DNA of 64,000 nt from Alphaproteobacteria bacterium. Lineage in GTDB: Bacteria; Pseudomonadota; Alphaproteobacteria; CALKHQ01. Positions 9,487-16,967 of this stretch are shown here, in pieces. The translations under genes and the position numbers were made by a program. Every line of letters starts with the position of its first letter. The stretch's first letter is position 1. The notes below the pieces were generated by a model, which saw only the letters and a list, made by a program, of their open reading frames with translations, did not search any database and was not told where the DNA came from. The DNA is taken from NCBI GenBank assembly GCA_965227515.1, contig CBDDFZ010000001.1, forward strand, positions 1,856,001 through 1,920,000, in the 5' to 3' direction.

Positions 9487-9612
9487 TTGTCATCCATGGC
9501 CGAGGTCCAAGCGTAGCGATGGGCCTAGTGCCGGGATCCATTTCGACGCTCGCGCGATGCCTAGAATGGTTCCTCGACGCTCGGCCGTTCCGGCCTCGGT
9601 CAAGGATGACAA
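9487..9612. repeat. Palindromic repeat, family C (TTGTCATCC...GGATGACAA)
   Basis: Terminal inverted repeats; shares CTCGCGCGATGCCT.GAATGG.TCCTCG core with 57039-57163. Confidence 0.8.
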
Positions 9613-9676
9613 GGGTGTTGGTGATGGGAAAAAGACACGCAGTACCGATGCCGGTGCGGAAATTAGGCCCGGCGCG

Positions 9677-10126
9677 CTACTTTTCCCACCGCGCGGCGGC
9701 GTCGTCGTCGCTGGCGCGGGCCTCCACCCAGTGCTCGCCCTCCGGCGTGGCCTCGGCCTTCCAGAACGGCGCCTTGGTCTTCAGCCAGTCGATCAGGAAG
9801 GCGGTGCTTTCCAGCGCCGCCTGCCGGTGGGCGGACGCGGTGGCGACCAGCACGATGCGGTCGCCCGGCGCCAGGCGCCCGTAACGGTGGATGATCAGGC
9901 TGGCGTCGAGGGGCCAGCGCGCGTGCGCCTCCGCCTCGATCTCGGCCAGCATCTTCTCGGTCATGCCGGGATAATGCTCCAGCGTCATCGAGCTGACCGC
10001 CTGGTCGCCGTGCAGGTCGCGGACCAGGCCGACGAAGCTGGCCAGCCCGCCGATGTCGGTGCGCCCATCGGTCAGTGCCGCCAGTTCGGCGCCGATGTCG
10101 AAGTCGTCTTGCTGGACCTTAATCAT
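9677..10126 (-). CDS. moaE: Molybdopterin synthase catalytic subunit
   Basis: LEHYPGM, HRYGRL, SAHR, LKTKAPFWK. Confidence 0.95.
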   Translation of the reverse strand: MIKVQQDDFDIGAELAALTDGRTDIGGLASFVGLVRDLHGDQAVSSMTLEHYPGMTEKMLAEIEAEAHARWPLDASLIIHRYGRLAPGDRIVLVATASAHRQAALESTAFLIDWLKTKAPFWKAEATPEGEHWVEARASDDDAAARWEK

Positions 10127-10173
10127 CCGCTGGGATCATCCGCTGAAATCATCCGCCGGGCTTATCCGCCGGT
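10122..10173. repeat. 13-bp tandem repeat (about 4 imperfect units) between moaD and moaE
   Basis: atcatccgctggg/atcatccgctgaa/atcatccgccggg/cttatccgccggt. Confidence 0.8.
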
Positions 10174-10413
10174 GACGGGCGGGAACAGCGCCAGCTCATC
10201 GCCTGATTTCACTGCCGTCGACATCTCGGCGAACTCCTTGTTCACCGCCACCCGCACCGCATCCATGTTGGCGAGCGCGCGGGCATGGGCGTCGCTGCGG
10301 CCGCGCAACAGGTCGACCACGCCGCTGACGTCGGACACGCCGTCCGGCAGCTCGATGGTTTCCTCGCGCTGGCCGATGCGCTGCCTGAGCCAGGCGAAAT
10401 ACAGAACCTTCAT
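10162..10413 (-). CDS. moaD: Molybdopterin synthase sulfur carrier subunit
   Basis: MKVLYFAWLR...ELALFPPVTGG, C-terminal GG. Confidence 0.95.
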   Translation of the reverse strand: MKVLYFAWLRQRIGQREETIELPDGVSDVSGVVDLLRGRSDAHARALANMDAVRVAVNKEFAEMSTAVKSGDELALFPPVTGG

Positions 10414-11678
10414 GGCAGGAACTCTTTGAATGGAATGTAGGACGCCACGTCACCCATGCTCACATGGGTCACGCCTTCGGGCAATTCAACAAAGCCGTTG
10501 CTGTCGGTGATGGACGACAGGATGCCGGCGCCGTCGCGCGGAAACCGGGTGGCACGCGGCAGCTCGCCGGCCGGGCCGTCGTGCAGGCTCACCCGGATGA
10601 ACTCGCGCCGGTTGCCCTTCTTGCGCGCGTCGAAATCGACCCGGACCGGATAGCGTCGCGGCACCGGCTCGCGCGCGCCGCAGAGGTGGGCGATCAGCGG
10701 CCGGCCGATCAACAGGAATGTCACCATCGCCGCAACCGGGTTGCCGGGCAGCCCGAGGAAAGGCACGGCGCGGTCCCGCGCCCGGATCTCGCCGAGGCCG
10801 ACGGGGCGGCCCGGCTTGATCGACAGCCGCCAGAAATGCATGGCGCCGCGCGCGTTGACCGCCGCGGTCAAATGATCCTCCTCGCCGGTCGACATGCCGC
10901 CGGAGCTGACGATCAGGTCCCGGTCCGCGGCGCGTTCCAGGGCATCGCCGATGGCGGTGGGGTCGTCGCGGACGATGCCGAGGTCGGCCACTTCGCAGCC
11001 CGCGCCGCGCAGCAGGTGGGCGAGCGCATGGCGGTTGGCATCGTAAACATGGCCATCAGGCGTGGCCGTTCCGGGTTCGGCAAGCTCGTCGCCGGTGGAG
11101 AGCAGCGCCACCCGTAGCGGCCGCCGCACCCTCACTTCCGCCCGGCCGACCGAGGCCAGGAGGCCGATGTCGGCGGCACCCAGCCGACAGCCCGCGCGCA
11201 GGATGATGCTGCCGGCCTTCACATCCTCGCCGGCGAAGCGGCGGTTGGCGCCCGGTTTCAGGCCGGGCGGGATGGTGACGGTCGCGCCGCCGGCCTCGCA
11301 GTCCTCCTGCATCGCCACCGTGTCCATGCCGGCCGGCATCGGCGCGCCGGTGAAGATGCGCACGGCAACGCCAGCCGTGTCGGCTTCGGCAACCGGGTGG
11401 CCGGCGGCGGCCCGGCCCCGCACCGGCAGCACGGTCGCGGCAGCGGGATCGAGGTCGGCATGGCGGATCGCGTAACCGTCGACGGCGGAATTGTCGTGCG
11501 GCGGCACGCTGCGGTCGGCCACGACGTCTCCGGCCAGCACGCGGCCCCGGGCCTCGCTCAGCGGTACCGTCTCATCGCCGACCACGCACGCCGTGCGCTG
11601 GCGCAGTTCGGCCAGCGCGTCGTCCAGCGGCAGCAGCGCACCGCCGAAGGCGAAGCAGTCGTCGGTGAGCTGTGCCAT
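10410..11678 (-). CDS. moeA: Molybdopterin molybdenumtransferase
   Basis: NSAVDGYA, IFTGAPMP, STGDEL, KPGRP, LPGNPVA; start MAQLTDDCFAFG. Confidence 0.95.
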   Translation of the reverse strand: MAQLTDDCFAFGGALLPLDDALAELRQRTACVVGDETVPLSEARGRVLAGDVVADRSVPPHDNSAVDGYAIRHADLDPAAATVLPVRGRAAAGHPVAEADTAGVAVRIFTGAPMPAGMDTVAMQEDCEAGGATVTIPPGLKPGANRRFAGEDVKAGSIILRAGCRLGAADIGLLASVGRAEVRVRRPLRVALLSTGDELAEPGTATPDGHVYDANRHALAHLLRGAGCEVADLGIVRDDPTAIGDALERAADRDLIVSSGGMSTGEEDHLTAAVNARGAMHFWRLSIKPGRPVGLGEIRARDRAVPFLGLPGNPVAAMVTFLLIGRPLIAHLCGAREPVPRRYPVRVDFDARKKGNRREFIRVSLHDGPAGELPRATRFPRDGAGILSSITDSNGFVELPEGVTHVSMGDVASYIPFKEFLP

Positions 11679-12178
11679 CAGCCTGCCAGCCGGCAGTGGC
11701 GGCCGATGAAGTCGGCGACGGCCGCCGGGTCGTTCAACGGCAGCACCGGCACATCGGCGCCGTCGACGGGTGCGTCGCTGGCCACCGCCACCACATGGGG
11801 GTCGCGTGGCGCCATCAAGTCGTGGCCGAGCGACGGGCGGTGCACCTCCAGCTTGTCCATGGCGTGGGACTTGAACCCCTCCACCAGCACCAGGTCGACT
11901 GGCGACAGCTTGGCGATCAGCGCGTCCAGCGAGGGCTCGGCCGCGCCGCGATGCTCGTGCAGCAATGCCCAGCGCAGTTCGGAGGAGATCAGCACCTCGC
12001 TGGCGCCGGCCTCGCGGTGGCGGTAGCTGTCCTTGCCCGGCCGGTCGACGTCGAAGCGGTGATGCGCGTGCTTGATGGTGGAGACCGTGACCCCGCGCTC
12101 GACGAAGATGGCGATCAGCCGCTCCATCAGCGTGGTCTTGCCGCTGCCGCTCCACCCGGCAAGCCCGAAGACGCGCAT
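11678..12178 (-). CDS. mobB: Molybdopterin-guanine dinucleotide biosynthesis protein B
   Basis: GWSGSGKTT, IKHAHH, DRPGKDS, LVEGFK. Confidence 0.95.
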   Translation of the reverse strand: MRVFGLAGWSGSGKTTLMERLIAIFVERGVTVSTIKHAHHRFDVDRPGKDSYRHREAGASEVLISSELRWALLHEHRGAAEPSLDALIAKLSPVDLVLVEGFKSHAMDKLEVHRPSLGHDLMAPRDPHVVAVASDAPVDGADVPVLPLNDPAAVADFIGRHCRLAG

Positions 12179-12182
12179 GGCC

Positions 12183-12794
12183 CTATTCGCCCTCAGAGGC
12201 GGTCGCGCCGGCGGTATCGGGTGCGTCGGCTCGGTCCTGGGCATCGCGCGCGATCATGTGGCGGATGCCGCCGCGCATGTACTCGTAGCCGGTGTAGAAA
12301 GTGATCGTGGCGGCCAGCCACAGCCCGACCAGCCCGACGATCCAAAGCCAATATCCCACTGCCGGGGCGATCAGCAGCACCGCGACGGCGATCAGTTGCG
12401 CGGTTGTCTTGTACTTGGCGAGCGTGGTCACCGGGATCACCACCCGGTCGCCGGCGATGAACTCGCGCAGGCCGGAAATCAGGATCTCGCGCAGCGCGAT
12501 GACGATGGCCGCGACGATGTGGATGCCGTCGATCGTGCCCTGGCCGACCAGCATCACCATCACCGCCAGCACCAGCACCTTGTCGGCAATCGGGTCCAGG
12601 AAAGTGCCGAAGCGGCTGATCTGGTTGCGCTTGCGCGCCATCCGGCCGTCGACGAAGTCGGTCAGCGCGGCGGCGACGTAAAGCACCAGGGCGGCCCAGC
12701 GCGCCACGTCCCACGGCACGTACATCAGCGCGACGATCACCGGCACGGCGCCGATGCGCGCCAGCGTCAGGATGTTCGGCAAGGTCAGGAGCAT
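12183..12794 (-). CDS. pgsA: CDP-diacylglycerol--glycerol-3-phosphate 3-phosphatidyltransferase
   Basis: LPNILTLARI, TDFVDGRMAR...FGTFLDPIADK motif. Confidence 0.95.
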   Translation of the reverse strand: MLLTLPNILTLARIGAVPVIVALMYVPWDVARWAALVLYVAAALTDFVDGRMARKRNQISRFGTFLDPIADKVLVLAVMVMLVGQGTIDGIHIVAAIVIALREILISGLREFIAGDRVVIPVTTLAKYKTTAQLIAVAVLLIAPAVGYWLWIVGLVGLWLAATITFYTGYEYMRGGIRHMIARDAQDRADAPDTAGATASEGE

Positions 12795-12806
12795 TCGCGT
12801 CTTATT

Positions 12807-13493
12807 TCAGAACGCCAGATAGGTGTCCACCAACCCGGGGTCGTCGCGGACGGCTTTGGCCGGCTGGCGGTCGGCGATCTGGCCGCGTTCCACGAACACC
12901 ACCGTGTCGCAGAGGTCGAGCGTCAGGTCGACGTTCTGCTCCACCAGCAACAGCGCGGTGCCGCGCTCCTCGGCCAGCCGCCGCAGGGTCTCGCCGATCT
13001 CCGCCACGATGGAGGGCTGGATGCCCTCCGACGGCTCGTCGAGCAGCAAGAGCTTCGGGCGGCGGATCAGCGCGCGGGCGATGGCCAGTTGCTGCTGCTG
13101 GCCGCCGGAGAGCGCGCCGGCATCGTCGCCGCGCCGCTCGGCCAGCGCCGGGAAGATATCGAGGCCCTCGTGCACCGATCCGGCGGTCGTATCGCCCAGT
13201 TGCAGGTTTTCCTCGACCGTGAAGCCGGTGAAGATCTCGCGGCCCTGCGGCACGTAGCCGATGCCCGCGCGGGCCACCCGGTGCGGCGGCAGCCGGTCGA
13301 TGCGTTGGCCGTCGAACGTGATCGTCCCTTGGCGCGCGCGGACCAGCCCCATAATCGACTTCAGCAACGTGGACTTGCCGGCCCCATTGCGCCCGAGCAG
13401 GGCCAATCGCTCGCCGGCGCCGACCGAGAGGCTGAGCCCGTCCAGCACCACGCCCTCGCCGTAGCCGGCGGTGATGGCAGAGACCTCAAGCAT
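12807..13493 (-). CDS. ABC transporter ATP-binding protein (UrtE/LivF-like)
   Basis: GRNGAGKST, LSGGQQQ, LDEPSEGIQP. Confidence 0.95.
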   Translation of the reverse strand: MLEVSAITAGYGEGVVLDGLSLSVGAGERLALLGRNGAGKSTLLKSIMGLVRARQGTITFDGQRIDRLPPHRVARAGIGYVPQGREIFTGFTVEENLQLGDTTAGSVHEGLDIFPALAERRGDDAGALSGGQQQQLAIARALIRRPKLLLLDEPSEGIQPSIVAEIGETLRRLAEERGTALLLVEQNVDLTLDLCDTVVFVERGQIADRQPAKAVRDDPGLVDTYLAF

Positions 13494-13679
13494 GGATCAT
13501 GGAGAAAATCATGTTTCGCTTCGACCGCATAGGAAGCACCAGCGCCTTGGGTCAGTTCCGAGCATTGCAAACTCGTAACACGGCACACGAATGTTTGGCG
13601 CTAGATTGGTTCGATAATTGAACCGGTGGTAAAACCGGTGTGATTTTCGCGTGTCTATCGCTAATGGGAGGGCGAAGCG

Positions 13680-14024
13680 ATGTCCGATCAATTTGACCCC
13701 ACGCGGCTGCAAGACGGTGACATGGTGGTTTGCGACAAAGGTACCCAGCCAGGCACCTTCCGATCCTTGAATCGGTCGCGCAAGGCCACGGCGAACGAAA
13801 CCACGCCCCTGGTCAACATCCCCCTGTTCGGGATGTGTAATTCCCCTGCGCATCCCCAAGGTCTTGCGGCGACGTCGGCGGCACAGGGCGTTTCGGTGCC
13901 CGCGCAATGCATGCCGAATATTCCGTCGCAATGGCTCGGCGACGGTGCGCAAGGGCCAGGTGGCTCGGTGGGCGCCGGCTCGGTATGTGTTTGCGTGTGG
14001 GGCGGGCAAATCAAGAAGGTCTAG
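13680..14024 (+). CDS. DUF4280/PAAR-like domain protein
   Basis: VCDKG..P, NIPLFGMCNS, C.P...W, C.C.WGG.I pattern typical of DUF4280; RBS GGGAGG. Confidence 0.75.
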   Translation: MSDQFDPTRLQDGDMVVCDKGTQPGTFRSLNRSRKATANETTPLVNIPLFGMCNSPAHPQGLAATSAAQGVSVPAQCMPNIPSQWLGDGAQGPGGSVGAGSVCVCVWGGQIKKV

Positions 14025-14077
14025 GACATGATCGTCTAAGTCGGCGCAGACTTCAGCGTACGCGAAGAATAATCTAA
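14021..14077. repeat. Family A repeat, copy lacking the central hairpin
   Basis: CTAGGACATGATC..TAAGTCGGCGCAGA.TTCAGCGTA...ATCTAA matches both ends of 6135-6264. Confidence 0.65.
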
Positions 14078-14838
14078 GCCCCTGCTTGGGTGCCGAGATA
14101 GTTCTGCCGCACGATGTCCAGGCCGCGTACCTCGTCATAGGAGCCCAGCGCCGCGATCTTGCCGGCGATCATCACGGCGACCGGGCAGTTCAGCGCGGCA
14201 ACGAAGTGCATGTCGTGCTCGATCAGCAAGACGGCGGCATCGTCGTCGCGGTGAATGCGGGCGATCAGTTCCGCGGTTGCCGCCGTCTCGGCGCGGGTCA
14301 TGCCGGCCGTCGGTTCGTCGAGCAACAGCAAGCGCGCGCCGCCGGCCATCACCATCGCCAGTTCCAGCCACTGTTTCTCGCCGTGTGACAGGCGGCCGGC
14401 CGGCCGGTCGCGGCTCTCCGGCGCCAGCGAGAAGCGATGCATCAGGTCCGCAACTTCGCCCTTGCGAGCGGGCGCGCCATTGCGGCGGTGCGGCGCGCGG
14501 GCGGCGGTGCGCAGGTTCTCCGCGACGGTCAGGTCGGCAAAGACCGACGGCACCTGGAACTTGCGGCCGACGCCCAGGGCCGCGACCCGGTGCGGCGGCA
14601 GGCCGGTGATCGGCTGCCCATCGAAGCGGACGGTGCCGGCATCCGGCCTCAGATGCCCGGTGATCACGTTGAACAGGGTGGTCTTGCCGCAGCCATTGGG
14701 GCCGATGATGCACAGCATCCGGCCGGCCCCCAGGCCGAGGTTCAGGCCATCGAGCGCCCGCACCCCGCCGAAGCTGCGGTGCAGGCCCTCGATCTCCAGC
14801 AGCGGCGGCGCGGGGTCCGCGCCAGTCGGTTCAGCCAC
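14074..14838 (-). CDS. ABC transporter ATP-binding protein (UrtD/LivG-like)
   Basis: GPNGCGKTT, GRKFQ, LSHGEKQWLE, DEPTAGM, EHDM. Confidence 0.95.
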   Translation of the reverse strand: MAEPTGADPAPPLLEIEGLHRSFGGVRALDGLNLGLGAGRMLCIIGPNGCGKTTLFNVITGHLRPDAGTVRFDGQPITGLPPHRVAALGVGRKFQVPSVFADLTVAENLRTAARAPHRRNGAPARKGEVADLMHRFSLAPESRDRPAGRLSHGEKQWLELAMVMAGGARLLLLDEPTAGMTRAETAATAELIARIHRDDDAAVLLIEHDMHFVAALNCPVAVMIAGKIAALGSYDEVRGLDIVRQNYLGTQAGA

Positions 14839-14844
14839 CAGCGG

Positions 14845-16011
14845 CTAGCTGCAGCCGGCCTCGGGCGCGATCGGCCCCATGTCCTCGACCACGCTCAGGC
14901 CGTCGCCTTCGGTCTTGGCCAGGTACATGTTCATGGTGACGTGGTGGTCGGCGGCACCAATGCTGAGCTCGCCGGTTGGCGTGTCGATGGTCAGGCCCTC
15001 CAGCCCGTCGATCAGCGCCTCGGACGTCACCTCCTCGACACCGTCCAGGGCGGCGGCGACCGCCTTCATCGAGTTGTAGTGGGTGAAGGCGTAGTGGCTG
15101 ATCGGCACGTCGTCGCCGGCCGCGGCGCGGATGCGGGCGACGAAGTCCTGCGCGCCCTCGCTCTCCATCGCGGCGGCAAACGGCACCGTCACCCACATGT
15201 TCTGCCCCTTGCCCTCGCCGAACGCGCCCAGATAGGTCTCGGCAAACCCCAGGAAACCGACCGTGACGTTGTCGAGCAGGCCCAGATCCTCGGCCTGCTT
15301 GATGAAGGTGATGCCGTCCGCGCCCGGCAGCGCGAACAACAGCACGTCGGCGCCGCTATCTGAAATGCGCCGCACCACCGGCGCGAACTCGGTCACGCCC
15401 CATGGGGTGAACTCGGTGCCGACGACGGTGCCGCCGCCGGCCTCGACGATGGCGGCCGCCTGCTCGAACATCTTCTGCGGCCACACGTAGTCGGCGCCAA
15501 ACATGAAGACGTTGGTGCCCGCGTTCTCCAGCAGGTAGGGGACCAGTTTTTCAAGTTCCTGGTTCGGCACCGTGTTGAACGAGAACAGGTAGCGGTCGCA
15601 CGCCCCGCCCTCGTAGTTGGTGGCATAGAGCAGCGGTACCTTCGACCGACTGACGGTCGGCGTCATCGCGTCGCGCGCGTTGGACGTGATCGGACCGGAC
15701 AGCGCCAGCACCTCCTCGCGCCGGATCAGCGCGGTGGCACGCTCCACCGAGACTGCGGGGTCGGTCTGGTTGTCCTCGTAGACGATTTCCAGCGGCTGGC
15801 CGTTGATGCCGCCGGCGTCGTTGATCTCGGCGGCGGCCAGGTCCAGCCCCAGCTTCGCCTGGTTGCCGAACAGCTCGAGCCCCCCGGAAAACGGCTGCAC
15901 CGCGCCGATCTTGATGGGAGACGACTGGGCGATGGCCGGCATCGGCAGCGCGGCGGCGGCGGTGATCGCGGTGCCGGTGGCAAGCAGGCGGCGGCGGGTG
16001 AAAGAAGCCAT
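14845..16011 (-). CDS. Branched-chain amino acid/amide ABC substrate-binding protein with Tat signal
   Basis: TRRRLL Tat motif, INDAGGING, YEGG, GADYVWP. Confidence 0.9.
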   Translation of the reverse strand: MASFTRRRLLATGTAITAAAALPMPAIAQSSPIKIGAVQPFSGGLELFGNQAKLGLDLAAAEINDAGGINGQPLEIVYEDNQTDPAVSVERATALIRREEVLALSGPITSNARDAMTPTVSRSKVPLLYATNYEGGACDRYLFSFNTVPNQELEKLVPYLLENAGTNVFMFGADYVWPQKMFEQAAAIVEAGGGTVVGTEFTPWGVTEFAPVVRRISDSGADVLLFALPGADGITFIKQAEDLGLLDNVTVGFLGFAETYLGAFGEGKGQNMWVTVPFAAAMESEGAQDFVARIRAAAGDDVPISHYAFTHYNSMKAVAAALDGVEEVTSEALIDGLEGLTIDTPTGELSIGAADHHVTMNMYLAKTEGDGLSVVEDMGPIAPEAGCS

Positions 16012-16106
16012 GGCGGAGGTCCCCCGTTCGGCTGGTGGTGTCAGCGGTGGGTCGAGCGTATTGACTGGCTGGCACGGGCGTCAATAACGTTGCGCGAGGA
16101 GTGGCA

Positions 16107-16967
16107 ATGGAATCTTTCGCGCGTCCGGCGACATTGGAACAGGCGGTCGGCCTGCTCGCTGCAGGTATTGATGGGGGCGCGCGCCACCAGATCCTTGCCG
16201 GCGGCACGGATGTCTATCCGGCGCAGGGCGACCGGCCATTCGCCGGTCCGATCATGGATATCTCCGGCGTGGCCGGTCTGCGCGGCATTGCGCGGACGGA
16301 CGAGGGGTGGCGCATCGGTGCCGGCACCACCTGGACCGATGTGGTCCGCGCCGACCTGCCGCCGGCATTTCGTGCGCTGCAACAGGCCGCGCGCGAGGTC
16401 GGGTCGGTGCAGATTCAGAACGTGGCCACGGTCGCCGGCAATCTGTGCAATGCCTCGCCGGCGGCCGATGGGGTGCCGCCGTTGCTGGTGCTGGATGCCG
16501 AGGTCGAACTGGCGTCGGTGCGCGGGATGCGGCGGATGCCCCTGGCCGAATTCATCACTGGCAACCGCTCAACCATGCGCGGTGACGACGAAATGGTGAC
16601 TGCCGTTGTGGTGCCGGAGGCGGCGTCGACCGGGTCCAGCCACTTCCGCAAATTAGGCGCGCGCAAGTATCTGGTGATCTCGATAGCCATGGTTGCGGCA
16701 CGGCTGGACCTTGCCGGCGACGGCACGGTGCGTGACGCCGCCATCGCGGTGGGCGCGTGCGCGCCGGTGGCGCGGCGGCTGCCGGATGCCGAGGCGGCGC
16801 TGGTCGGTGCGCGGGCGGATACGGATTTGCCGTCGCGAATAGGCGCGGATCACTTGGCGGGCCTCAGCCCCATCGACGACGTGCGCGGAACCGGGGCCTA
16901 CCGCAGCGATGCGGCGCTGGAACTGGTGCGCCGGTGCGTGACCGATTGCATCGCGGAGCCGGCCTGA
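16107..16967 (+). CDS. Xanthine/nicotinate dehydrogenase family FAD-binding subunit
   Basis: LAGGTD, QIQNVATVAGNLCNASPAADG, KLGARKYLVIS, PIDDVR; RBS GAGGAG. Confidence 0.9.
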   Translation: MESFARPATLEQAVGLLAAGIDGGARHQILAGGTDVYPAQGDRPFAGPIMDISGVAGLRGIARTDEGWRIGAGTTWTDVVRADLPPAFRALQQAAREVGSVQIQNVATVAGNLCNASPAADGVPPLLVLDAEVELASVRGMRRMPLAEFITGNRSTMRGDDEMVTAVVVPEAASTGSSHFRKLGARKYLVISIAMVAARLDLAGDGTVRDAAIAVGACAPVARRLPDAEAALVGARADTDLPSRIGADHLAGLSPIDDVRGTGAYRSDAALELVRRCVTDCIAEPA

